Part shown: positions 30,451 to 40,277 of the stretch, piece after piece
Layout: the number at the start of each line of letters is the position of its first letter
Position numbering within the stretch: the stretch's first letter is position 1
Origin: Geopsychrobacteraceae bacterium
GTDB taxonomy: Bacteria; Desulfobacterota; Desulfuromonadia; Desulfuromonadales; Geopsychrobacteraceae
Length of the DNA stretch: 64,000 nucleotides
Direction: 5' to 3'
Assembly (NCBI GenBank): GCA_963676795.2
Contig: CAXXTB010000002.1
Location: 1,120,001 to 1,184,000 of the forward strand
Notes under the pieces: generated by a model
The model's input: the letters and a program-made list of their open reading frames with translations, nothing else
Databases searched by the model: none
What the model was told of the DNA's origin: nothing
Translations under genes and position numbers: made by a program

Positions 30451-30786
30451 TCAGAAACTTCCGAGCGCTTCTTCGGCGGTGGTAAAAATCTCAAAAACAC
30501 GATGCAGGCGGGTCAATTCGAACATCGACCGGACCTGAGGCTGAAGGCAGCAGAGTTTGAGATTTCCTTCACGGGCACTGGCATTTTTAAAGCCGGATAC
30601 GAGGGCTCCGAGGCCCGAGGAATCGATAAAGCGAACAGTGCCGAGATCGATCACCAGATTGGCTTTTCCTTCGTCGAAGATCTGCAGCATGCGCTCCTTG
30701 AGATCTCCGCTGTTATGTGCATCCATGCGTTCTTCATTGACGGTGATGACGACGATGTCGTCTTTTTCATTCATATCCAATTGCAT
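30451..30786 (-). CDS. RsbV/SpoIIAA-like STAS anti-anti-sigma factor
   Basis: LVIDLGTVRFIDSSGLGAL with phospho-acceptor Ser; FELTRL. Confidence 0.93.
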   Translation of the reverse strand: MQLDMNEKDDIVVITVNEERMDAHNSGDLKERMLQIFDEGKANLVIDLGTVRFIDSSGLGALVSGFKNASAREGNLKLCCLQPQVRSMFELTRLHRVFEIFTTAEEALGSF

Positions 30787-30864
30787 AAAATGGTCTCCTT
30801 GGGTTGCCGTTAGCGTTTTCTGCAGCGATTATAACCGACTTGTCCCGTTTAGGGTGAATATCTT

Positions 30865-33800
30865 TTACATTTTGATTTTCATGGTCAGTAGCGTCACGTC
30901 ATCTTTGAAATGACGGACACCGGTAAAAATTCGTACCTGATTCATGATGAAGTCGATCAGTTCTGCCGGTGGCAATGAGCTGCCTTCTTCAAGTAGCCTG
31001 GCCAGCCGCTCCATGCCGAACAGTTGATTGTTGCGGTCTTCGGCTTCTATTATGCCGTCGGTATAGAGCAGCAGGATGTCTCCCGCATGAAGTGTGGTGA
31101 CTTTTTCCTCATAGCTTATCTCTTTCATGATACCAAAAATCAGTCCCTCTGCGTCGAGGGCTTCACAGCGCCCCTCTGCCGTTCTCCAGATCAACGGGTT
31201 GTTGTGACCGGCATTGGAATAGGTCAGCCGATGGCTGGCGCAATCGTACTTGAGGTAGAACATGGTGACGAAGAGTTCGGCACGATCCAGATCGGTAAAG
31301 ATATAGCTGTTCAGTGCCTGCAGCATCGGGCCTGTTTCCTCGATATTGTCAAGCTGGGCGTGAATAAAGGTCCGGGTTTCGGTCATGAGCAGGGCGGAGC
31401 CGATGTTGTGCCCCGATACATCGGCTACGATCAGGTCGTAGGTGGCTTCACCACGCTGGATAAAATCATAATAATCCCCGCCGACCTGGTGGGTCGGCAC
31501 ACAGAGTCCCGCGACTTCTATTCCGGGAATCCGCGGGAGTTCCGATGGCAGCAGGGCGGACTGGATCTGCTTGGCGATTTCCAGATCCCGCTCCTGCTCG
31601 CGGACTTCCAGAAGTTCGACCAGTTGCAGATTGTTTCGCCAGGCAATGCTCAGCTGTGCCGCGATATTTTCAAACAGGGCGATGAATGCCGGGGTGAAAA
31701 CTCCCTTGATCGTCTTGGAAAAGGCGGAAAGGATGCCGACGGGCTCTCCTTCGAAGGTAATCGGGGTGTGGGCAAAACAGGTGATCCCCTCGGCCTTGAC
31801 CAGTTGTGCTGAGAGCGGTTTCTCCAGATAGTCGCTGTCATTGATGACAACGGTTTTGTTGGTGATAAACGACTGCCCGATGTAGGTCTCCAGGTTGATA
31901 TTGTGCTCGGTCTGGCCGAATCCGGGGGGTGCCTGGCCGGATAGACTGCTGAGTTGCAGGGTGCTGGTTTCTTTTTCAAGCATACGGATAACGACCAGGT
32001 CGAACTTGAACTGCTGGCGCAGCAGCTCGGTGATGCGGTCGAAGACCTGCTGCAGGTTGACCTCCTGGGAGACAACCTGGGCCACTTCGTAAAGCACACT
32101 GAGCTGTTCCTGGCCTGCGGCGTGGCTGATGGTGACCGTGCCGAAGATATCAAAGACATCTTCCATTTCACTGCCGCGGGCCGTGAGGTAGTTTTCCAGG
32201 ATGATACGGGCCTGGGCCGCACCGACCGACCCGGAAATGGTTTTTTCGGTAAAGTCTTTGAGCAGAGGCAGTTCATAGTCCTTGAGGCTGCCGCGGAAGT
32301 CGATCTCCTGGTTGCCGAGGTACTCGGTAATGGCACTTTGGGCGGTCTTTTCTCCGATGAACTTTGACATCAGTTCGACAAATTCCATGATGGTCGGAGC
32401 CCTGCTGATCCGTTTCAGGCGTTGCGGAACCGTGGCCTGGGAATTGAAGATATTGGTAAAACGCACGGCCTGTTGCTCTTCTTCTGGTTTGTGTGAAGAC
32501 AGATAGCTGACTGCGACAAGGGTTCCCAGATTGAAGATCAGACTCCAGAACAGGCAGTGGGAATAGATATCGAAACCGCGAAGACCGAAAAGTTCAAGAG
32601 GTTTAAGCAGTTTGAAACCGAATATCCCATCGCTGAGGAGGTCCGGAGAGAGCCAGCCTGAATGAACAAAAGACGGAATGAGCAGGGTGATAAACCAGAT
32701 GATAAAGCCGCCGCAAAGGCCGGAAACTGCCGCTTTGAGTGAAGCTCTTTTCCAGTAGACGCCGGCAATGATGGCCGGAGCAAACTGTGCGGCGGCCACG
32801 AAGGAGATCAGGCCGATATTGGCCAGAGTGTTAGAGCTGCCGATGACCCTGAAGTAGAAGTAGCCGAGCAGGATGACGGCCAGAATACTGAATCTTTTCA
32901 GATTGATAAGAATCCCGGAATAATTCTGAATCGGCAGTTTGAGCTTCAGGATCAGGGGCATAAAAATATGGCTGAGCATCATTGTCGCAATGGCGACGGA
33001 GGAGACCATAACCATGCCGGCTGCAGCCGAAAGGCCTCCGACAAAGACGAGAATAGCCAAGGCTTTCTGGCCAAAGGCCAGGGGTAGGGTCAGAATGTAG
33101 TAGTCGGCCTGATGCGGATCTCCGCCACTGTAGATCAGACCGGCCATGGTGATCGGCAGAACAAACAGGTTGATCAAAAAGAGGTAGGCCGGAAATCGCC
33201 ACATGGCGTACCTGATATGTTCTTCATCAACGTTTTCCGTGACCATGATATGGAACTGACGGGGGAGAAACATGACCGCCATCATCGATATCACGATGAG
33301 TGAGAACCATTTGATATAGGGGGTCTGCTCGGTGCCGAGGGTGAACAGCAGCTGTTTTTCAGGGAGGCGCTGATAAAAGGTCCGGAAAACGTCGCCGAAA
33401 CCATCAAAGATACCGTAGGTAATGAACAGCCCAACGGCCAGGAAGGCAATCAGTTTTATCAGCGACTCAAAAGCGACCGCGACAACCAGCCCCTCATGAT
33501 GCTCAGATGAATCGAGATGCCTGGCGCCGAAAATAATCCCGAAGACGGCCAGAATCAGTGCTGCAATCAGGGCGGTATCCAGGTGGGGTTCGATGGTCAG
33601 GGCCGGCAGGTGGATCTCCCCCAGCGGGTCGAAACTCATCGGGATCGACAGAATGTCGAGTGTTTCAGCAATGGCCTTAAGCTGAAGAGCGATATAGGGG
33701 CTGATGCCGAAGATGGCAAAAATGGTCACCAGCGTGCCGATAGACGACGATCGGTTGTAGCGGCTCGAAAGGAAGTCAGCGATACTGGTAATGTTCTGAT

Positions 33801-34119
33801 CTCTGGAGATGCGCACCATCTTGCGCAGCAGGAACCACCAGGCGAAAGCGATCAGGGTTGGTCCCAGGTAGATCGGCAGAAATTCCAGGCCGTTTCTGGC
33901 CGCGTTGCCGATGCTGCCGTAGAAGGTCCAGCTGGTACAGTAGACAGCCATCGACAGTGCATAGATATGGGCGTTGTTCTGCAGCCCTTTGCCTCTGCGC
34001 CTGTACTGTTCGGCGATGTAGCCGATGACAAAGAGCAGCAGGAAATAACCGAGAGTCACCAGCAGGACGGTTTCGGTGGAGATAGAAGTTGCTGATTGAA
34101 CGGATTCATGGCCTGTCAT
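30865..34119 (-). CDS. SLC5/SSS transporter-like domain + STAC + GAF + SpoIIE/PP2C phosphatase
   Basis: CrbS-type SSS signature ALSMAVYCTSWTFYGSIG and LPRQFH with ~13 TMs. STAC-like ELMSKFIGEKTA...ISGSVGAAQARIIL. GAF. PP2C motifs GGDYYD, DVSGH, NAGH, YTDG, DDVT. Confidence 0.85.
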   Translation of the reverse strand: MTGHESVQSATSISTETVLLVTLGYFLLLFVIGYIAEQYRRRGKGLQNNAHIYALSMAVYCTSWTFYGSIGNAARNGLEFLPIYLGPTLIAFAWWFLLRKMVRISRDQNITSIADFLSSRYNRSSSIGTLVTIFAIFGISPYIALQLKAIAETLDILSIPMSFDPLGEIHLPALTIEPHLDTALIAALILAVFGIIFGARHLDSSEHHEGLVVAVAFESLIKLIAFLAVGLFITYGIFDGFGDVFRTFYQRLPEKQLLFTLGTEQTPYIKWFSLIVISMMAVMFLPRQFHIMVTENVDEEHIRYAMWRFPAYLFLINLFVLPITMAGLIYSGGDPHQADYYILTLPLAFGQKALAILVFVGGLSAAAGMVMVSSVAIATMMLSHIFMPLILKLKLPIQNYSGILINLKRFSILAVILLGYFYFRVIGSSNTLANIGLISFVAAAQFAPAIIAGVYWKRASLKAAVSGLCGGFIIWFITLLIPSFVHSGWLSPDLLSDGIFGFKLLKPLELFGLRGFDIYSHCLFWSLIFNLGTLVAVSYLSSHKPEEEQQAVRFTNIFNSQATVPQRLKRISRAPTIMEFVELMSKFIGEKTAQSAITEYLGNQEIDFRGSLKDYELPLLKDFTEKTISGSVGAAQARIILENYLTARGSEMEDVFDIFGTVTISHAAGQEQLSVLYEVAQVVSQEVNLQQVFDRITELLRQQFKFDLVVIRMLEKETSTLQLSSLSGQAPPGFGQTEHNINLETYIGQSFITNKTVVINDSDYLEKPLSAQLVKAEGITCFAHTPITFEGEPVGILSAFSKTIKGVFTPAFIALFENIAAQLSIAWRNNLQLVELLEVREQERDLEIAKQIQSALLPSELPRIPGIEVAGLCVPTHQVGGDYYDFIQRGEATYDLIVADVSGHNIGSALLMTETRTFIHAQLDNIEETGPMLQALNSYIFTDLDRAELFVTMFYLKYDCASHRLTYSNAGHNNPLIWRTAEGRCEALDAEGLIFGIMKEISYEEKVTTLHAGDILLLYTDGIIEAEDRNNQLFGMERLARLLEEGSSLPPAELIDFIMNQVRIFTGVRHFKDDVTLLTMKIKM

Positions 34120-34131
34120 GTCGGGTTCCCG

Positions 34132-34374
34132 TTAACTGTTTGATTGTTTCTTGGGTTTTGACAGGTGTATGAAGAGGTAAATGACGAGAATAGAGATCGG
34201 CCAGCCGATGAAAAAATAGAGAACCAGACCGGGAATCCCAACGACAAGGTGGGGGCTGTTGAAGATCTGGATAAATGGATAATTGATCAGTATCAGACCA
34301 ATAATCAGACAGATGACCCAGATTTCATGAACCTGATTCCCGTGGGTCTCGGCATTTTTGTCTTGCTGGGCCAT
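34132..34374 (-). CDS. Small two-TM membrane protein, probable partner of the SSS-domain protein
   Basis: Two hydrophobic helices (IWVICLIIGLILINYPF; GIPGLVLYFFIGWPISILVIYLFI). RBS AGGAAGG. Lies 12 bp from the next gene. Confidence 0.7.
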   Translation of the reverse strand: MAQQDKNAETHGNQVHEIWVICLIIGLILINYPFIQIFNSPHLVVGIPGLVLYFFIGWPISILVIYLFIHLSKPKKQSNS

Positions 34375-34420
34375 GAGAAACCTTCCTGCGGCTGATGTGG
34401 ATCTGTGAGATTAGGATACA

Positions 34421-34449
34421 ATAATAACTTATTGTTTTGTGCTTTGCAA
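34421..34449 (-). promoter_or_regulatory. sigma70-type promoter of the partner-switching operon with overlapping palindrome
   Basis: Minus strand TTGCAA(34449-34444)-17 bp-TATTAT(34426-34421). ACAATAA-N4-TTATTGT at 34418-34435. Confidence 0.6.
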
Positions 34450-34558
34450 AGAAGACGTAGAGCATGATTGACCAATGGGAGCGTTTTCGCTGGGGAATTT
34501 CTGTGCTATCCTTGCAGCTCGTGAATCATTTTGTCATTTTGAGGACTGTGACCTCCGT

Positions 34559-36280
34559 ATGTTGTACCTCTGGAATAGACTGATAATACTGGGATTTTTT
34601 GTTGCATTGGCGGGCTGTGGACTGTTGCCGCCTGTTGCTGCGCCTGATATTGAGGTCAATGAAGCGCCGCACTATCACTCAGAACTTGCTGATCCCTCGG
34701 CCAAAGCCCTGTTTGCATTCACTCAGTTTCGTCTGCTGGCTGCCGAAGAACGATGGAATGAAGCCTTTGACGCATTGCAGCGGGCTCAGGCCTTTGATCC
34801 GGAGTCCGATTATCTGCGCCTGAACCTGGCCAAGGCCAACCTGCATCTGGAGAATCTTGCCACTGCTATCGATCAGTTGCTTGATCTGCTCGGTCGTGAT
34901 CCGGGGAATCTGGAAATCCGTGTTCTCCTGGGCGATGTCTACAGCTATCAGAAGCGTTTCCCCGAAGCGGTTGAGCAGTTTCGGGAAGCGGTTCTTACTG
35001 ACCCGGACAATGAATTATTGCAGATCCGGCTGGCCATGGCCCTGTCTCAATCCGGGGCGAAAGAGGATGCGGTTGAGATTCTGGAAGTGGTCGCCGAGGA
35101 CCATCCGGACGCCAGCCTGGCCCAGCTTTCGCTGGCTCGTTTCTACAATGAGTTGGGCGAGCGCTCGAAGGCGCTGGAGAAATACCAGGAGTTGCTCGAT
35201 TACAATCCTGGCCTGCAGCAGGCGATTGTTGAGTATGGGCGTCTGCTGGAGCAGGACAATACTCAGGCTGCTCTCGAGCTCTATGAAAGCGCGGTGATTT
35301 TTAACCCCCGGGCTGCCTCGGTCAGGCAGCGCTTGGCCCAGCTCTATCTCAACCAGCGCCAGGTCGAAAAAGCCCGGGATCAGCTTGAGGCGGTCAGTGC
35401 CCAGTTTCCAAGAGATCTGCAGGTTGCTGCCCAGCTTGGCCTTGTCTATCTGGAACTCAGGGCCTGGTCGGATGCTGAGCGGATATTTCAGCAGCTGCTC
35501 GATTCGGGCATGCGTAACCAGCGGATCTATTATTTCCTTGCCTTAGCCCAGGAAGAACAGGGAAAGGTCGATCAGGCCATCGCCAACCTGGAGCAGGTGT
35601 CGGGTGCTTCCGAGAAGTATTTTGATGCGGCTCTGCACCTGGCCTATCTATATCGTCAGAAAGACCTGCCCGACAAGGCGCTTGACGTGTTGCGTCAGAT
35701 TATTGCCCGTGATCCGCAGCAGGAGAATGCCTATTATTATCTGGTCGCTTTTACCTCTGAGGTTAAAGGGCTTGAGAGTGCATTTGCCTGTGCTATGGAC
35801 GCTGTGGCGGCCAACCCCGGTTCCGCTCGTCTGGCTTACCAGTACGCTATCCTGCAGGAAAAACGCGGACAAAGAGAGGATGCCGTGCGCTGGATGGAAC
35901 ATGTCCTGGAGCTTGATGCAGATCATGCCGAGGCACTGAATTTTCTCGCCTATCACCAGGCCGAGAATTCAATCGACCTTGAGCTGGGCTTAAGTCGGGT
36001 GAAGAAGGCTCTTCTGCAGGGGCGGCCCGGGCATATGGTTGACACCCTCGGTTGGATCTACTATAAGATGGGCCGCTTTGAAGAAAGCCGGCGTGCGTTG
36101 GAAGAGGCGGTGTCCCTGATGCCTGCTGATCCATATGTTCTGGATCACCTTGGCGATGTCTACCGGGCACTTGAGCTGTGGGACAAGGCCCGGCAGGTTT
36201 ACCAGAGCCTGCTGGAGAGAAATCCCGATTTTGCCGGGATCAGAGAAAAACTGGACAGTATCCCGGCGGGAGAAGACTGA
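34559..36280 (+). CDS. Multi-TPR lipoprotein (LbcA/PA4667-like)
   Basis: Lipobox LAGC after ATG 34559. Many TPRs. C-terminal ALNFLAY, DTLGWIYYKMG, DHLGDVY. Confidence 0.8.
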   Translation: MLYLWNRLIILGFFVALAGCGLLPPVAAPDIEVNEAPHYHSELADPSAKALFAFTQFRLLAAEERWNEAFDALQRAQAFDPESDYLRLNLAKANLHLENLATAIDQLLDLLGRDPGNLEIRVLLGDVYSYQKRFPEAVEQFREAVLTDPDNELLQIRLAMALSQSGAKEDAVEILEVVAEDHPDASLAQLSLARFYNELGERSKALEKYQELLDYNPGLQQAIVEYGRLLEQDNTQAALELYESAVIFNPRAASVRQRLAQLYLNQRQVEKARDQLEAVSAQFPRDLQVAAQLGLVYLELRAWSDAERIFQQLLDSGMRNQRIYYFLALAQEEQGKVDQAIANLEQVSGASEKYFDAALHLAYLYRQKDLPDKALDVLRQIIARDPQQENAYYYLVAFTSEVKGLESAFACAMDAVAANPGSARLAYQYAILQEKRGQREDAVRWMEHVLELDADHAEALNFLAYHQAENSIDLELGLSRVKKALLQGRPGHMVDTLGWIYYKMGRFEESRRALEEAVSLMPADPYVLDHLGDVYRALELWDKARQVYQSLLERNPDFAGIREKLDSIPAGED

Positions 36281-37029
36281 TGCGTTTTTTGCCACTGTTG
36301 ATTGTCTTGATCCTCTCAGGTTGCCTGCGGCCCAGTGCTCCGGTCTGGACCGTTGTCCCCGAGGCGCAGGAGCTGGTCAGCCGGTTGCGAACCGGTGCGC
36401 AACGCTATCAGGCGTTGGACGTGGCGGCGCAGGTCAATCTGACCAGTGGCGGAAATTTCTATTCGACGCAGCAGTTTCTCCTGATCGAAAAACCGAACCT
36501 GTTACGCTCCGACGTTCTGACCGGATTCGGTCAGCTGGTCATGCAGCTGGCCAGCGACGGGGACGAGCTTGAGGTTCTGCTGCACACCAGCATCCCGGGG
36601 AAATTTTACAGGGGGCCGGCAAGCCGGGAGAGTCTGTCGCGCTTTATCCGTATTCCGTTGCGGGTCGAGGATCTGGTTGCGCTGGTGCTCTACTCGCCGC
36701 CGCTGATTTCCTTCGATCGGGCCGCTGTTGCAGTTTCCGGCAGCGATCTGCTGTTGACCCTCAGCGGGGCAGGGCAGGAACAGAAGGTTCGTTTCAACAG
36801 TCAGCTTCAGCCGGTTGAGGTCAGTTATCTGCGCGATCAGCAACTGCTGCTGCGCACCAGTTACAAGGACTTCGACGTTTCAGGGTTCCCTCTGGAGATG
36901 ATCATCGAGGCACCTGGCGACGAGACGCGGATGCGACTGTCGCTTTCCGAGCTGAATCTCAATCCGCTGGTCGATGCGACCAGGTTCCGCATCAAAAAAC
37001 CGGCCAATGTCATCGAGGAAACTCTATGA
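36280..37029 (+). CDS. LolB/DUF4292-like lipoprotein (LolA/LolB fold)
   Basis: Lipobox LSGC; beta-rich KPNLLRSDVLTGFGQ segment; C-terminal ELNLNPLVDATRF; coupled to the TPR gene by a TGATG overlap. Confidence 0.6.
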   Translation: MRFLPLLIVLILSGCLRPSAPVWTVVPEAQELVSRLRTGAQRYQALDVAAQVNLTSGGNFYSTQQFLLIEKPNLLRSDVLTGFGQLVMQLASDGDELEVLLHTSIPGKFYRGPASRESLSRFIRIPLRVEDLVALVLYSPPLISFDRAAVAVSGSDLLLTLSGAGQEQKVRFNSQLQPVEVSYLRDQQLLLRTSYKDFDVSGFPLEMIIEAPGDETRMRLSLSELNLNPLVDATRFRIKKPANVIEETL

Positions 37030-38645
37030 AGAGGGTGCTCGCCGCAGTATTTTTGCTGTTCGTCCTCTGCTCCTGCCGCCATGATCCTGAACCAGTTGTG
37101 CCGAGCTCTTCAACGTCAGAAGGACCTGCTTACGGCGACACTTTTATTGTTGGCTCGATCGGCGATGCCAGCACGCTATTGCCGGTCCTGGCCTCAGATT
37201 CGGCTTCGAGTGATATCAACGGCCTGGTGTATAATGGCCTGGTCCGTTATGACAAAAATTTCAGGGTGGTTGGCGAACTGGCCGAATCCTGGGAGATTTC
37301 AGACGACAACCTGACGATCACCTTTCATCTGCGCGCCGGGGTTAAATGGCACGATGGCACTCCCTTTACAGCGGCTGACGTGAAGTTCAACTATGAACTC
37401 TATATCAATCCGCAGACCCCGACCGCCTACGCCGAGGCCTTCAAGCAGGTGACCGGCCTGGAAACTCCGGACCCTTTGACGGTTGTCGTCCATTACTCCA
37501 AGCCTTACGCGCCCGCCCTGATGAGCTGGGGAATGCCGGTTCATCCGCGCCATCTGCTTGATGGGCAGGATATTACCCGCAGCCCTCTGGCCCGTAAGCC
37601 GGTGGGAACCGGTCCGTACAAGCTGGTTGAGTGGGTTTCCGGCGAAAAGATCGTACTTGAGTCGAATTCCGATTATTTTGACGGACAGCCCTACCTGAAG
37701 AGGGTTGTCTACCGGATTATTCCTGATCCGACGACCCAGTTCCTGGAGTTGAGAACCGGGAATCTCGACTTCATGGGGCTTTCCCCGCTGCAATACGATC
37801 GTCAGACCGATACCCCGGCATTCCGGCGGCTCTACAGCAAGTATCGTTATCTCAATTTTGGTTATACCTACCTTGGCTATAACCTGAGACGGCCGATGTT
37901 CCAGGATAAGCGGGTGCGCCAGGCCTTGTCCTTTGCCATCAACAAGCAGGAGATTATCGACGGCGTACTGCTTGGCTACGGTGCCATTGCGACCGGTCCC
38001 TACAAGCCGGATACCTGGGCCTACAACGCTCAGGTTGTGCGCTACGATTACGATCCGCAAAGGGCCAGGACGCTGCTCGCCGAGGCAGGCTGGAGCGATC
38101 ATGACGGTGACGGGGTCGTCGACAAGGATGGTGTACCGCTGGCCTTTACCATCGTTACCAATCAGGGAAACGACCTGCGTTCAAAAACGGGAGAGATCAT
38201 TCAGCACCGCTTTCGCGATATCGGCGTCGATGTCAAACTGCGGATTGTTGAATGGGCGACCTTTCTCAAGGAGTTTATCAACCCCGGTAAATTTGACGCG
38301 ACAATCCTTGGCTGGAGTGGCGGACCGGAGCCGGATCAGTATAATATCTGGCATTCGAGCAAGACTGCTCCCGGTCAGCTGAACTTTATCGGTTATGTCA
38401 ATCCGCAGGTCGATGAGCTGTTGGAAGAGGGGCGCAGGATCTTTGACCAGGACCAGCGCAAGAGCTACTATGACCGTTTTCAGGAGATCCTGGCCGAGGA
38501 GCAGCCCTACACCTTCCTCTATATACCGGAAGCGTTGCCGGCCGTGGCGCGACGCTTCCGTGGTATAGAGCCGGCTCCGGCGGGAATTCGCTACAATTTC
38601 GACAAGTGGTACGTGCCACAGGACGAGCAGAAATATGCAAGGTAG
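37026..38645 (+). CDS. Peptide ABC transporter substrate-binding lipoprotein (OppA/AppA family)
   Basis: LAESWEIS, GVKWHDG, PVGTGPY, DKRVRQAL. Confidence 0.93.
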   Translation: MKRVLAAVFLLFVLCSCRHDPEPVVPSSSTSEGPAYGDTFIVGSIGDASTLLPVLASDSASSDINGLVYNGLVRYDKNFRVVGELAESWEISDDNLTITFHLRAGVKWHDGTPFTAADVKFNYELYINPQTPTAYAEAFKQVTGLETPDPLTVVVHYSKPYAPALMSWGMPVHPRHLLDGQDITRSPLARKPVGTGPYKLVEWVSGEKIVLESNSDYFDGQPYLKRVVYRIIPDPTTQFLELRTGNLDFMGLSPLQYDRQTDTPAFRRLYSKYRYLNFGYTYLGYNLRRPMFQDKRVRQALSFAINKQEIIDGVLLGYGAIATGPYKPDTWAYNAQVVRYDYDPQRARTLLAEAGWSDHDGDGVVDKDGVPLAFTIVTNQGNDLRSKTGEIIQHRFRDIGVDVKLRIVEWATFLKEFINPGKFDATILGWSGGPEPDQYNIWHSSKTAPGQLNFIGYVNPQVDELLEEGRRIFDQDQRKSYYDRFQEILAEEQPYTFLYIPEALPAVARRFRGIEPAPAGIRYNFDKWYVPQDEQKYAR

Positions 38646-38648
38646 ACA

Positions 38649-39638
38649 ATGCTGAACTATATTCTCAAACGGCTGCTCATGCTGATCCCTCTGCTGATCG
38701 GAATTACCCTGATCTCGTTCGTGGTCATCCACCTGGCCCCAGGGGAACCGACCGATATGCAGACCCAGATGAACCCCCAAGCCGGGCCGGAGCTGCAGGA
38801 GCGTCTGCGTGTACAGTACGGTCTGGATCAGCCGCTATACGTTCAATACGGAAAATGGCTTGGCCGGCTGCTGGTGCTCGATTTCGGCGACTCCTTTGCG
38901 ACAGATCATCGGCCGGTTCTCGACAAGGTGCTGGAACGGTTGCCGGTAACCATTCTGCTCAATCTGTTGTCGATTGCCCTGATTCTGGTTGTCTCCGTGC
39001 CCCTTGGCGTGTTGTCGGCGATCAGGCGCAACAGTGGTTTTGACCGGACGACCACCATCCTTGTCTTTGCCGGATTTGCTATGCCGTCCTTCTGGCTGGC
39101 CCTGCTGCTGATGGACTGGTTCGGAGTCCGGCTCGGCTGGCTGCCGGTTTCAGGGCTGAAGTCGTTGGGCTATGAATATTTGAGCGCAGGCGGACAGGTC
39201 GCGGACCGGATTTCTCACCTGGTTCTGCCGGTCTTTATTTCGGCGATCGGCGGGCTTGCCGGCTTTTCGCGTTACATGCGCTCCAACATGCTTGAGGTGA
39301 TCCGTCAGGATTATATCCTGACGGCACGGGCCAAGGGACTCTCAGAGCGGGTGGTCATTTACAAACATGCGCTGCGTAACGCTCTGCTGCCGGTTATAAC
39401 GATTCTGGGGCTGTCGGTTCCGGGGCTGATCGGCGGCAGTGTCATCTTTGAGACGATTTTCGCTATTCCCGGTATGGGCAAACTGTTCTACGATGGTGTC
39501 ATGATGAGAGATTATCCCCTGATTATGGGGATACTGGTGATGGGAGCGGTGTTGACCCTGGTCGGCAACCTGCTGGCTGATGTCTGTTACGCGCTTGCCG
39601 ATCCGCGGATTCGTCAGGGCCAGAGTTTCCGTCACTGA
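38649..39638 (+). CDS. Peptide ABC transporter permease (OppB family)
   Basis: YGLDQPL, DFGDS, EAA loop TARAKGL, HALRNAL, DPRIR. Confidence 0.93.
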   Translation: MLNYILKRLLMLIPLLIGITLISFVVIHLAPGEPTDMQTQMNPQAGPELQERLRVQYGLDQPLYVQYGKWLGRLLVLDFGDSFATDHRPVLDKVLERLPVTILLNLLSIALILVVSVPLGVLSAIRRNSGFDRTTTILVFAGFAMPSFWLALLLMDWFGVRLGWLPVSGLKSLGYEYLSAGGQVADRISHLVLPVFISAIGGLAGFSRYMRSNMLEVIRQDYILTARAKGLSERVVIYKHALRNALLPVITILGLSVPGLIGGSVIFETIFAIPGMGKLFYDGVMMRDYPLIMGILVMGAVLTLVGNLLADVCYALADPRIRQGQSFRH

Positions 39639-39662
39639 TAATCGCGTACCAAAGGAGGTTTT

Positions 39663-40268
39663 TTGGAAACGAACCGTTTAGGTGAAATGTTGCTGGATGC
39701 CGGTCTGATCGACCAGTTTCAGCTTGAATCTGCATTGTCGATGCAACGCAACCTCGGGGGGCGTATCGGCAGTGCATTGGTGAAACTGGGCTATCTTCCT
39801 GAAGAAACGATCATGGAATTCATCGAAACCCAGGCGAAGTATGCGCGGGTTTCTCTGGCTGAACTGGAGATTTCAGACGAGCTCAAACGGGTTCTGCCCT
39901 ATGACAAGATGCTTGAAATGCTGGTCATTCCGATCGATCTGCGCAGGGCGCAAGGGGAGAAGATCCTGCGCGTCGCAATGACCGATCCGACCAATATCGC
40001 TCAGATCGATACCCTGCAGTTTCGCACGGGGTGCCGGGTCCTGCCGGTGCTCGCTGGTGAAGAGGAGATCGATGAGGCGATCAGGAGACATTTCGCTCCA
40101 CCAGAACCAGCAAGCGGACTGGTAGATGAGCTGGTTGGCCTGGAGCCTAACGCGGTCAGTTTCGATGATCTGCCGGATGATGACCCCCGCTTTCAGCGCC
40201 TGCTGGATGTCCTGCAGCAAAAAGGGCTGCTGACGGCTGCGGAAGCCGAACTGATCAAGTTTGGTTGA
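39663..40268 (+). CDS. Stand-alone MshEN / T2SSE_N domain protein (putative c-di-GMP receptor)
   Basis: RLGEMLLDAGLI...LESALSMQ-RNLGG-RIGSALVKLGYL tandem motif; VAMTDPTN; RBS AGGAGG before TTG; no ATPase domain. Confidence 0.85.
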   Translation: METNRLGEMLLDAGLIDQFQLESALSMQRNLGGRIGSALVKLGYLPEETIMEFIETQAKYARVSLAELEISDELKRVLPYDKMLEMLVIPIDLRRAQGEKILRVAMTDPTNIAQIDTLQFRTGCRVLPVLAGEEEIDEAIRRHFAPPEPASGLVDELVGLEPNAVSFDDLPDDDPRFQRLLDVLQQKGLLTAAEAELIKFG

Positions 40269-40277
40269 TTAGAACCT

